From contig JAKQEM010000024.1 in NCBI GenBank assembly GCA_029558515.1, forward strand, positions 57,164 to 121,163: 64,000 nucleotides of DNA, given 5' to 3'. The stretch comes from a bacterium. GTDB lineage: Bacteria > Patescibacteriota > Gracilibacteria > Peribacterales > Peribacteraceae. The notes below the pieces were generated by a model, which had not been told where the DNA came from, ran no database searches, and was given only the letters and a program-made list of their open reading frames with translations. Position 1 is the first letter of the stretch. The number at the start of each line of letters is the position of its first letter. The position numbers were made by a program, and so were the translations under genes. Below are positions 42,994-50,422 of this stretch, piece after piece.

Positions 42994-44106
42994 TTAGGTG
43001 CCGTATGAATCTTCTTGAATTTTTTGTATTCTCTCTAGCTCTTTCAGTAAAGTTTCCCGCGCTGCTGCCTCTAAGTTCATTGTGAGCAATCGCAAGATAT
43101 AGTGAGGCATAATTTTTGCTGCCGAGCATGTATTAAAACTCGGATCCCTTCGCATTACGCCACGAGTGTATTTGCGATCGTGACCCTCGGGTTCTCGGCC
43201 CCATGCAATTCCATTTGCATGTTCTAATGCTGCTGGCATGTGTTCGGATGTGACAAGCTCTTCGTTCTCTAAATATTCCCCAATAATTTTTTCCGCAGAT
43301 GCTTTGTGTTCTTCTGGTATTAATAATACGATGTTGTCATATCGTCGCGGAATATAATAGGGTTCAGAAGCTTTGCCAGTTACGGGAATCCCAGCATTCT
43401 TTAGTAGATTAATAAGTGCAATAAAATGGATACCCACATCATTTCTGTGTTCCGTATTCAGTGTGATATATAATCTCAAAACATTCGAATTACGCCAGAA
43501 ATCTACATTCTCCGGTTTATCAATATGCAGAAAGGAAAACCCTGATAACGTTGGATCGCAGATAAAGTGTTCTTCCGATCGAAACTGACCTGCCATTGCC
43601 TCAAGATTCGATGCAAACTCTTGAGTGTATACAGGAGGAAAAGAGGCATTGGTATTTCGGATTTCTTCAGCTCGTCTCTGAGCTTTCTCAATTGCCTCTT
43701 TCCGTAACGAAGCCCTTTGTGATTGATCTGGTTTCTCAGATGTGGGGCGTTCTACAAGCTGGTTATAGACATGATCCGCAATTCCCAAATGAGGAATTTC
43801 AAAACCTAAGCACTCTCGAACATCATCAATACTAAGGCCTACAAACTCTTTTGGAGTCTTCAGTTGCTCTGCAGGTATCGGGAAACTCATTGCCAGATCA
43901 TGATACTTTATCTCTTCTCCCTTTGGTTTAGAGCCGAGAAGATGATCAATATTGACTGTGAAATGAGTAGTGTTCACCCCGTCGGATGTGGGTGACATTG
44001 TATCTTTCGAGACGTCCTTGTCCGAATCTTGGTATTCGTTGTGCACTTGAATATTATAACATATATAAATATTATTACAATGGATCGGGTAACCCATTGT
44101 GTGCAC
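42994..44106 (-). CDS. Hypothetical protein in the AT-rich island
   Basis: A 370-codon ORF in AT-rich DNA. The LRLYITLN ... RRYDNIVLLIPEE segment is faintly reminiscent of HopA1-type effector-family proteins (unverified). The start is uncertain. Confidence 0.55.
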   Translation of the reverse strand: MHTMGYPIHCNNIYICYNIQVHNEYQDSDKDVSKDTMSPTSDGVNTTHFTVNIDHLLGSKPKGEEIKYHDLAMSFPIPAEQLKTPKEFVGLSIDDVRECLGFEIPHLGIADHVYNQLVERPTSEKPDQSQRASLRKEAIEKAQRRAEEIRNTNASFPPVYTQEFASNLEAMAGQFRSEEHFICDPTLSGFSFLHIDKPENVDFWRNSNVLRLYITLNTEHRNDVGIHFIALINLLKNAGIPVTGKASEPYYIPRRYDNIVLLIPEEHKASAEKIIGEYLENEELVTSEHMPAALEHANGIAWGREPEGHDRKYTRGVMRRDPSFNTCSAAKIMPHYILRLLTMNLEAAARETLLKELERIQKIQEDSYGT

Positions 44107-44114
44107 GATGCCCT

Positions 44115-44351
44115 CTATAAATGTTTCTTCGCGAATGCCCGGCCAGAGTGTGACTTGAGATACCGTTCGAACTTCTCTGCTCGTTTGCGATCTGTAAATG
44201 CGGTTAAGCTTTTCAGGTGCCAGGGTTTGTATTGATTCGTGTGGATTGACTTCCCATCATTATGCTCTGATAAGCGACACCGGACATCGTCAGTGATTCC
44301 TACATACCAGTGAATGCCGTCTTCGGAGTCGAGGGAGTAGACGAAAAACAT
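44115..44351 (-). CDS. Small GIY-YIG nuclease-domain protein (YhbQ/UPF0213-like)
   Basis: MFFVYSLDSEDGIHWYVGITDDVRCRLSEHN ... RKRAEKFERYLKS. ATG at 44351. Confidence 0.75.
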   Translation of the reverse strand: MFFVYSLDSEDGIHWYVGITDDVRCRLSEHNDGKSIHTNQYKPWHLKSLTAFTDRKRAEKFERYLKSHSGRAFAKKHL

Positions 44352-44487
44352 AGTGGTTGAGTATGCCCGGCTTCGTCCGATTTTGCCACGCAAAATCGAG
44401 ACTCCGCCGTGGCACCCTCGGTTTTTTGGGAAGACGTGGCAGCAGAAACCGCGGCGTAGTGCGACGAACGGAGTGAGTCGCACGGAA

Positions 44488-45051
44488 CTAAAATTCTTCA
44501 GAAAATCTCCTTCTTTGTTCTGCCACGATAACATTGATATTTTCAGTGGGTCTGACCAGAGTTCCGTCTGCGTACATAGTCCTTTCCATCTGTGCAACCT
44601 GTGTATGCACCTTCCTGAGAGTTGCAGGGTCTATACCATCCAAACCTTCATTGTAAACATCATCGGCATTTACCCCCGAAGGCAATTTTCCCTTCTGTTT
44701 GGAATAATCACGAAAATGAAACAGTTCCACCCCCTCAAAGCTCACACGAAATGTACCCGCCAAATCATCTGTAGATTTTGTTACTTCAATAGTCATAAAT
44801 GGAGGATTCTTTCTGTCATAAGCTGTCGCATTATCAGATACTTTTTTAATGATCGTGATCTCACCTCCATCAGGTGCATATCTTGTAACAATTCTTCTTG
44901 GATTTAATATATAAATGTAATTTTCATCTTCAATTCTTGTTCTATCCTTCGCTTTCAAAAGGTCACAAAGAATTGAATTTTGCAACAAAGATACGGTCTT
45001 CCTACGTTCTACAAGTTGGTCTGGTACTGATAAATTCGAGGGAGTATTCAT
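44488..45051 (-). CDS. Hypothetical protein in the AT-rich island
   Basis: ATG at 45051 (MNTPSNL). The longer ORF upstream is only the translated tRNA antisense. No family recognised. Confidence 0.5.
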   Translation of the reverse strand: MNTPSNLSVPDQLVERRKTVSLLQNSILCDLLKAKDRTRIEDENYIYILNPRRIVTRYAPDGGEITIIKKVSDNATAYDRKNPPFMTIEVTKSTDDLAGTFRVSFEGVELFHFRDYSKQKGKLPSGVNADDVYNEGLDGIDPATLRKVHTQVAQMERTMYADGTLVRPTENINVIVAEQRRRFSEEF

Positions 45052-45086
45052 GAAAATATAATAAACCTTATTACCTAATTTGTCAA

Positions 45087-45160
45087 TGGAGCGGGTAACG
45101 GGAATCGAACCCGTATCCTCAGCTTGGAAGGCTGATGTACTACCACTGTACGATACCCGC
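45087..45160 (-). tRNA. tRNA-Gly (TCC)
   Basis: The reverse complement gives GCGGGTA..TCAGC-CTTCCAA-GCTGA..ACGGG-TTCGATT-CCCGT-TACCCGC-T-CCA. Confidence 0.9.
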
Positions 45161-45243
45161 TGGGAGAAAGACCGAACGGACCAAAAAAACACCACATCCG
45201 ACCAAAGTATACGGCGTCCGGCCGTTCCTGTGAAGAATACAAA

Positions 45244-45501
45244 TCACCCCACACCCTTCGCCTCAGTCTGTTCCTGTCGCCAAAGCAGATATCCCCGTAC
45301 ATTCAGCAACGACAACCCGACATTGGCAATCAGTAAACCCGACGATTGGATCATCAACCCAATAACCAGCCACAGTATGTTGCCTACCAACGTACAAAGA
45401 AAACCTACCTTATATTTGTTACCCAATAGCCAAATGCCTGCGAACGTCACCGCCGTCGCGAGGAGATCGATCCCGTAGTACTGACTGAACCAAGAGAGCA
45501 A
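45244..45501 (-). CDS. 85-aa three-TM protein resembling the first repeat of a PnuC transporter
   Basis: TTG start. The pattern LLATAVTFAGIWLLGNKYKVGF..LVGNILW....LLIANVGLSLLNVRGYLLW mirrors the PnuC N-terminal three helices. Confidence 0.4.
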   Translation of the reverse strand: MLSWFSQYYGIDLLATAVTFAGIWLLGNKYKVGFLCTLVGNILWLVIGLMIQSSGLLIANVGLSLLNVRGYLLWRQEQTEAKGVG

Positions 45502-45510
45502 GCGCCTGCA

Positions 45511-45786
45511 TTATACAATTCCCTTCGCCTCTTCGTACACCGTGGAACGATGACCAAAGAGAAGGATCTCCACAACATCGCCGTGGAGGCGGTAGATAAT
45601 ACGATAATCGCCGACACGAAGTGCGCGACAGCCGCGCAGAGACTGCTGAAGCGGCTTGCCATAGTGCAGTGGGTCAACGGCCACCTTCTGCTCAAGAGCA
45701 TGCAGCAAACGCTTTTTGTCGTGCAGAGACAACTTCTCGAATCGCTTCCAATCGACAAACTCGCTATAGAGCAGACGGTACTTCAT
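45511..45786 (-). CDS. relE: Type II toxin, RelE/ParE family
   Basis: LRGCRALRVGDYRIIYRLHGDVVEILLFGHRSTVY is the RelE/ParE C-terminal signature. Confidence 0.8.
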   Translation of the reverse strand: MKYRLLYSEFVDWKRFEKLSLHDKKRLLHALEQKVAVDPLHYGKPLQQSLRGCRALRVGDYRIIYRLHGDVVEILLFGHRSTVYEEAKGIV

Positions 45787-46013
45787 AGCACTTGAGCCCA
45801 GAATTCCTCATGCGACAACCACTTGGTGGTTTTCTCCACTCTTTCATCGGCAATGGCACTGAAGTAGGCGTCCTCCTCGATCTCCAATGCTTTCTCAATG
45901 AGTTCCAACGCCTTCGCAGACTGCGAAACATCATCGCGCAACGCCATCTTCTCCAAGAATATCGCAGTATCATGCGGAAGAGTCAGGTTCAGTCGCTTCT
46001 TCTTTGTAGGCAT
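45783..46013 (-). CDS. Cognate antitoxin (ribbon-helix-helix-like)
   Basis: KKKRLNLTLPHDTAIFLEKMA is an RHH-like strand-helix start. Its stop overlaps the toxin ATG (ATGA). Confidence 0.65.
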   Translation of the reverse strand: MPTKKKRLNLTLPHDTAIFLEKMALRDDVSQSAKALELIEKALEIEEDAYFSAIADERVEKTTKWLSHEEFWAQVL

Positions 46014-46225
46014 GGGATCGGGGGAAAACTGCGATAAGTGTAACACCGGTGTTACACCTTTACAAGGTGCAAAGAGTCCACATCCCTCTCCCGATCCCCT
46101 ACACTCTCCCCGTGGTCATTTCTCATTTTGCATTTTTTACCCTGAGCGAGTCAGCCGCAGATGACGAGTCGAAGGGCGCATTTCTCCTCATCAATTATCA
46201 ATTTTCCATTATCCATTCCTCTCCG

Positions 46226-46864
46226 ATGCTCCTCACCCTCTTTTTCTCCCTCAATCTTTTCCTGACACCTTCCGTCTCCGCGCAGGAAGCCGCCTGCCTG
46301 CCGAGGATCACCGATGCCGTGCCTTCTTCTATTCAAATAGACCGAGTGGAGCGCGTGTGGCTCAGTTGGAACAATCGCCTCCGCCGCAGACTGAAACTGA
46401 CACCCTATGCACCCCATGCCGCCCTCACTGCCACGGCGACGGAGTGGTCTTTGCAAGCCAAGCAAAATGGCACCATCGACCATAAACGCTCTCCCGATGC
46501 CGCCTACTACGATTACACGATGATCGAGCAATGGTTTGCCGACCGCGGTTTGACGTTCGCCAATGTCAATCGTACCACCTTCACCGAAAATATCGGCTGG
46601 GGAACCTACACATGCACGACGGATGATTGCACGAGGTCGCTGATTCGCGCCGTGCGCAAGACCTTCAATTTTTACATGGCCGAGCGCTTGAAACCATCGC
46701 AGCCGCACTGGAAGAGTCTGGTGAATCCGGAGTTCCGACAGATCGGACTGGGGATTGCTGTGGACGAAGCGGCAGGACGCTACTACCTGACGGTTCACTA
46801 CGCCACGGAGATCACGTCGACTCCTCAGAGCTGCGCAGCGATGACTTATCGCACGGAGATATAA
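46226..46864 (+). CDS. Secreted CAP/SCP/PR1-like domain protein
   Basis: Signal peptide MLLTLFFSLNLFLTPSVSAQEA, followed by NIGWG and HWKSLVNPEFRQIGLGIA, which are CAP motifs. Confidence 0.7.
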   Translation: MLLTLFFSLNLFLTPSVSAQEAACLPRITDAVPSSIQIDRVERVWLSWNNRLRRRLKLTPYAPHAALTATATEWSLQAKQNGTIDHKRSPDAAYYDYTMIEQWFADRGLTFANVNRTTFTENIGWGTYTCTTDDCTRSLIRAVRKTFNFYMAERLKPSQPHWKSLVNPEFRQIGLGIAVDEAAGRYYLTVHYATEITSTPQSCAAMTYRTEI

Positions 46865-47960
46865 TCTTCTGTCGGCTTCTTGCTGAGGACGATTTGCCAC
46901 AATTGAATGCTACGCGCGCGAAACACCCCGGCGCAGGAGAGCAAGTAGTACCGCCACATGCGGCGGAAGCGCTCTCCGTATCGATCGGCAAACCGCGGCC
47001 AGGCGGCTTCGAAATTCCGATTCCACGCGAGAAGGGTTTGGTCGTAGTGCGCTCCGAAATTGTGCCAGTCTTCCAAGATAAAGAGACCCTCCGCAGCCCG
47101 CGTGATCTGCGCAGCGGACGGAAGATGGCTGTTGGGAAAGATGTAACGATTCAACCAACGATCTCCTGTCCGATGCATGACATTCGATCCGATGGTATGG
47201 AGTAGAAAGAGTCCTCCGTCACGCAGGCTGCGATGGGCGATCTCCATGAACGTGCGATAATTCCGGGAACCGACATGCTCAAACATCCCGACGGAGACGA
47301 CCGCGTCGAACATGCCCTGCACGTCACGGTAATCCTGCTGCACAATCTCCACGGGCAATCCCTTTGTCCGCCCCCGCGCGAACGCAATCTGCTCCCGGGA
47401 GATGTTGATACCCGTGACACTGCACCCGGCCTGCTCCGCCATGTACTGCGCCAATCCCCCCCCCACCCGCAACCGATATCCAACAAATGCATGTCGGAAG
47501 TAAGCTGTAATTTCCGCCGGATGAGATCGAGCTTCCGACGTTGTGCCTCCGCCAGATTGTCGGTATCCCGAAAGTAACCGCAGGAATACTGCATCAGAGG
47601 ATCGAGCATCGCGGAGTAGAAATCATTGCCCAGATCGTAGTGCCGCTCCGCCACTGCTTTCGACCGGTGCCGGCTTTGAGTGTTGCGAAGCAACGAAAGA
47701 CCAACTCGAAGCACTATCCGCCAATCCAAGCCCAGATGCGCATACAGATCCGCCCGCAACAACCGATCGATCAACTCATCGATGCACTCACACTCCCACC
47801 ATCCGTCCATGTATGCTTCACCGAAACCAAGTGTCCCCTGCGAGAGAACACGGTCGATCCACCGATCGTCCCGCACGGCTATATCCCACGGACGGACGCC
47901 GTCGAGTCGAATGTCAGCGGCATCCAAGAGGGATTGGAAGGGGGCGGGAAGGGCGCGCAT
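46846..47960 (-). pseudogene. cfa: Cyclopropane-fatty-acyl-phospholipid synthase interrupted by a frameshift in a G9 run
   Basis: The N-terminal ORF (to 47151) ends ...LLDIGCGWGG. The C-terminal ORF (46846..47472) continues LAQYMAEQAGCSVTGINIS...FEHVG. The frames meet at the C9 run at 47456-47464 (G9 on the coding strand). Confidence 0.8.
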
Positions 47961-48296
47961 GCCAAGGACGCAGTATACAGAAATTGCCCCCATTATCATA
48001 CTTCCGATCTTCACCGGCCTTCGTATGACAAGAATATTGTACTGACCAAATAGATATTACATCATATTTACGCAAAATTTTATGAAAGGAGTGAGTGTGT
48101 ACGACATGACAGAAATCAGCGCATGTATCTGTTATATGAACACACAATGTATTCAGAACAGAAATGTGGATATTCAGAAATGCGGAAGAGTTGCAGCCAT
48201 TTCTACCTTGAGTATGATGACACGATTTGCTTCAGGCAGATCAACACAGAGAACAAAGACAAACACGATCTTTTCTCACCAACGACAATCAGAAGA

Positions 48297-48708
48297 GAGA
48301 GCGGTGGTCATCGGAGCATCCTTGCTCGTTCCTCCCGGCCACTCACACGCCTCCTTGTGCAACCTCTGGGTATAGGATACGTGATCATTGGTTCTCCCCT
48401 GCGGGTGACTACCGCTCTCTCTGCTCTGCAATGATTCGTACGGAGAAGAGAGGTCAGCTCTCCGTGCGCATCCCCCTTTCTTCCCAGTGTCCGCCTCCGC
48501 CCTCATGGGTGTTGCGCTGGACCGGTCCGGGAACTTCGGCTGGTCCCGAGGAGAAACAAGAGACCGGAGCACGGCAGAGAATCGAGGGCTCCTCCCCTCA
48601 GTCTTCCTCCAGGCATGATCAGCGGCTCAATGGTCTTTGCACCATCGATAGTCGCGGAGGCAGACGAAACACCCAAACAAAAAGGCACCGAGGAGGTGTC
48701 TTTTTGTC
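48297..48708 (+). ncRNA. Candidate structured non-coding RNA (family unknown) ending in an intrinsic terminator
   Basis: There is no credible ORF. A 14-bp long-range stem pairs 48297-48310 with 48406-48419, and several GC hairpins follow. The element ends in the terminator at 48684-48708. The strand is inferred from the terminator T-run. Confidence 0.3.
48684..48708 (+). terminator. Intrinsic terminator, copy 1 of an identical 25-nt repeat
   Basis: AAAAA-GGCACC-GAGGA-GGTGTC-TTTTTGTC. The A-run upstream makes it potentially bidirectional. Confidence 0.6.
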
Positions 48709-48849
48709 ATGCAAAGATACTGTGCGAAGCGCGGGTCTCGTGGGTTCCCGCGCTGGAGCACTCCCGAAAGGAAGGGTGGGTTCACGGGAGGGAAACCATC
48801 GGTTTCCATCCCGTGCATCAAATTGGCACCGAGGAGGTGTCTTTTTGTC
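48709..48849 (+). ncRNA. Second candidate structured RNA or leader ending in the same terminator
   Basis: One hairpin is GCGCGGG-N11-CCCGCGC (48729-48753). A nested hairpin, CACGGGA-G-GGAAACC-ATC-GGTTTCC-A-TCCCGTG, spans 48783-48815. The terminator follows at 48825-48849. Confidence 0.3.
48825..48849 (+). terminator. Intrinsic terminator, copy 2 (identical 25 nt)
   Basis: GGCACCGAGGAGGTGTCTTTTTGTC is identical to 48684-48708. Confidence 0.6.
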
Positions 48850-48965
48850 GAAGCAAAAAATCCCAGTAAAAATGCGCATTCCTCATTAAGGAAATACATT
48901 GCAACACACTCAGACTATTTTGAAAGACCTGTGGATGGCAGGAAAATGGCTTTTTTGCTAGAATC

Positions 48966-48974
48966 AATAGATTA
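48966..48974 (+). promoter_or_regulatory. Extended -10 promoter element upstream of the glycogen cluster
   Basis: TGC-TAGAAT (TG at 48966-48967, -10 at 48969-48974), 25 nt before the ATG at 48999, in an AT-rich spacer. Confidence 0.4.
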
Positions 48975-48998
48975 ATTGACACAAAAAAACTAACACTC

Positions 48999-50243
48999 AT
49001 GTCTCTCCACACCCTCATGTTCGGATGGGAGTATCCCCCGCTTCACTCGGGAGGATTGGGGGTGGCCTGTCAGGGGCTGGTGAAGGGACTCTTGAAGAAC
49101 GGCACACGCGTCACACTGGTCCTGCCGATGAACGCATCGCATGACGAAGGAGCGCAGCTTGCCATGCGCGGACCGGGACAAGGCATGGACGGCGACGAGC
49201 CCGATATTCGGTTCATCGAGAGTGCGTTGCAACCCTACGAGGGAACGGCGGAGTATGAAGAGCGTATGATTGCGGCGGCGACTGCAAACGGCCAACCGTT
49301 CATCGATCTCTACGGACCGGATCTCGGTCAGGCAGTCGAGCGATTCACGGCCATGAGCATCGAAAAGACGAAAGACGTGCAAGCGGACGTCGTCCACTGC
49401 CACGATTGGATGACCTACGATGCTGGAATCCGCGCGGCAACATACCATCGTAAACCGCTGGTTGCACACATCCATGCCACGGAACTCGATCGTACGGACT
49501 TCCATCCCAATCAGTGGATCGCCGAGCGCGAACGATCGGGCTTCCTGCAAGCGGATCGCATCATTGCCGTCAGCCAGTACACAAAAAATATTCTGGTACG
49601 ACACTACGGCATCGCCGCGGACAAGATCAGCGTGGTCCACAACGGCCACAACGTATCCGCGCCCGTCGCGCATCACAACACCATCGTGTCCTCTGCCATC
49701 CACAAGCGTGCGCCGCTCGTGCTCTTTGTGGGACGTCTCACGCTGCAGAAGAACCCGCGACAATTTTTGGACACGGCGAAGATCGTGCACGAGCTGCGTC
49801 CTGATGTGCAATTCGTGATGGCCGGCGACGGCCCGATGCTCCCCGAACTCATGGACCACGCCTGCGCGCTGGGCCTCACCGACTGCGTGTCCTTCACGGG
49901 CACGGTCACTCGCAAGGAAGTCGATCAGCTCTATAAATCGGCGGACTGCTTCGTGATGCCCTCCTTGAGTGAACCCTTCGGATTGGTTGCACTGGAAGCC
50001 ATCGCCCAAGGGACGCCCGTCATTCTCAGCAAACAATCCGGTGCGGCGGAAGTCATCGAACACGGATTCAAAGTCGATTTCTGGGACACGGATAAATTCG
50101 CCGACTGCATCCTCACAATCCTGCGGGAGCAACCGCTGGCCGAACAGCTCATCGCCGAAGCTCCGTCCATACTCCACCGCCTCAACTGGCAAAACCAAGC
50201 GAACAACGTGATGTCGATCTATAGAGACTTACTGAAGACGTGA
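48999..50243 (+). CDS. Glycosyltransferase, glycogen-synthase-like (GT4/GT5 GT-B fold)
   Basis: FGWEYPPLHSGGLGVACQGL is at the N-terminus. Other motifs are HCHDWMT and PSLSEPFGLVALEAIAQGTPVI. Confidence 0.75.
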   Translation: MSLHTLMFGWEYPPLHSGGLGVACQGLVKGLLKNGTRVTLVLPMNASHDEGAQLAMRGPGQGMDGDEPDIRFIESALQPYEGTAEYEERMIAAATANGQPFIDLYGPDLGQAVERFTAMSIEKTKDVQADVVHCHDWMTYDAGIRAATYHRKPLVAHIHATELDRTDFHPNQWIAERERSGFLQADRIIAVSQYTKNILVRHYGIAADKISVVHNGHNVSAPVAHHNTIVSSAIHKRAPLVLFVGRLTLQKNPRQFLDTAKIVHELRPDVQFVMAGDGPMLPELMDHACALGLTDCVSFTGTVTRKEVDQLYKSADCFVMPSLSEPFGLVALEAIAQGTPVILSKQSGAAEVIEHGFKVDFWDTDKFADCILTILREQPLAEQLIAEAPSILHRLNWQNQANNVMSIYRDLLKT

Positions 50244-50422
50244 GTGATGACTTATGAGACGTGAGATATGAGACATAAGACGTAAGACACAAGTAACCAG
50301 ATACGAGACAACGAGATAACGAACTAACGAATTCTCTCCACTCTCAACTCTCAACTCTCCACTCTCAACTCCCCCGTCCTTCGTCCTTCGTCCCTCGTCC
50401 TTAGTCCTTCCTCCCCCGTCCC
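50241..50422. repeat. 26 phase-locked heptamer words filling the whole spacer
   Basis: The sequence parses without a phase slip from the TGA at 50241 to the base before the ATG at 50423 (word list in the findings). Confidence 0.95.

Noticed and set aside
42994-44106. A firm assignment of the 370-aa island protein to the HopA1 effector family
   Set aside because: The resemblance rests on one remembered motif pattern and cannot be supported without an HMM search. It is left as hypothetical.
48082-48375. A 97-codon ORF with an AAAGGAG upstream-like motif and a Cys-rich N-terminus
   Set aside because: No family was recognised. Its second half overlaps the long-range RNA stem, and other genes in this genome do not seem to use SD motifs. 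It is too weak to call.
48297-48849. Identity as RNase P RNA, tmRNA, SRP RNA or a common riboswitch
   Set aside because: I searched by eye on both strands for GAGGAAAGTCC, ACAGAA.CCGGCTTA, a tRNA-like 3' end with a tag ORF, the GGAA-tetraloop/AGCA SRP domain IV, and the TPP, SAM, glmS and c-di-GMP cores. None was found.
48227-48889. A 220-codon plus-strand ORF across the cfa-glycogen intergenic region
   Set aside because: The translation is Arg/Ser/Gly-rich nonsense with no motif. It spans two intrinsic terminators and multiple GC hairpins, so I treat the region as non-coding.
50241-50422. The word arrays as a CRISPR array
   Set aside because: The period is 7-8 nt with no unique spacers of 25-40 nt, no repeat of CRISPR length, and no cas genes.
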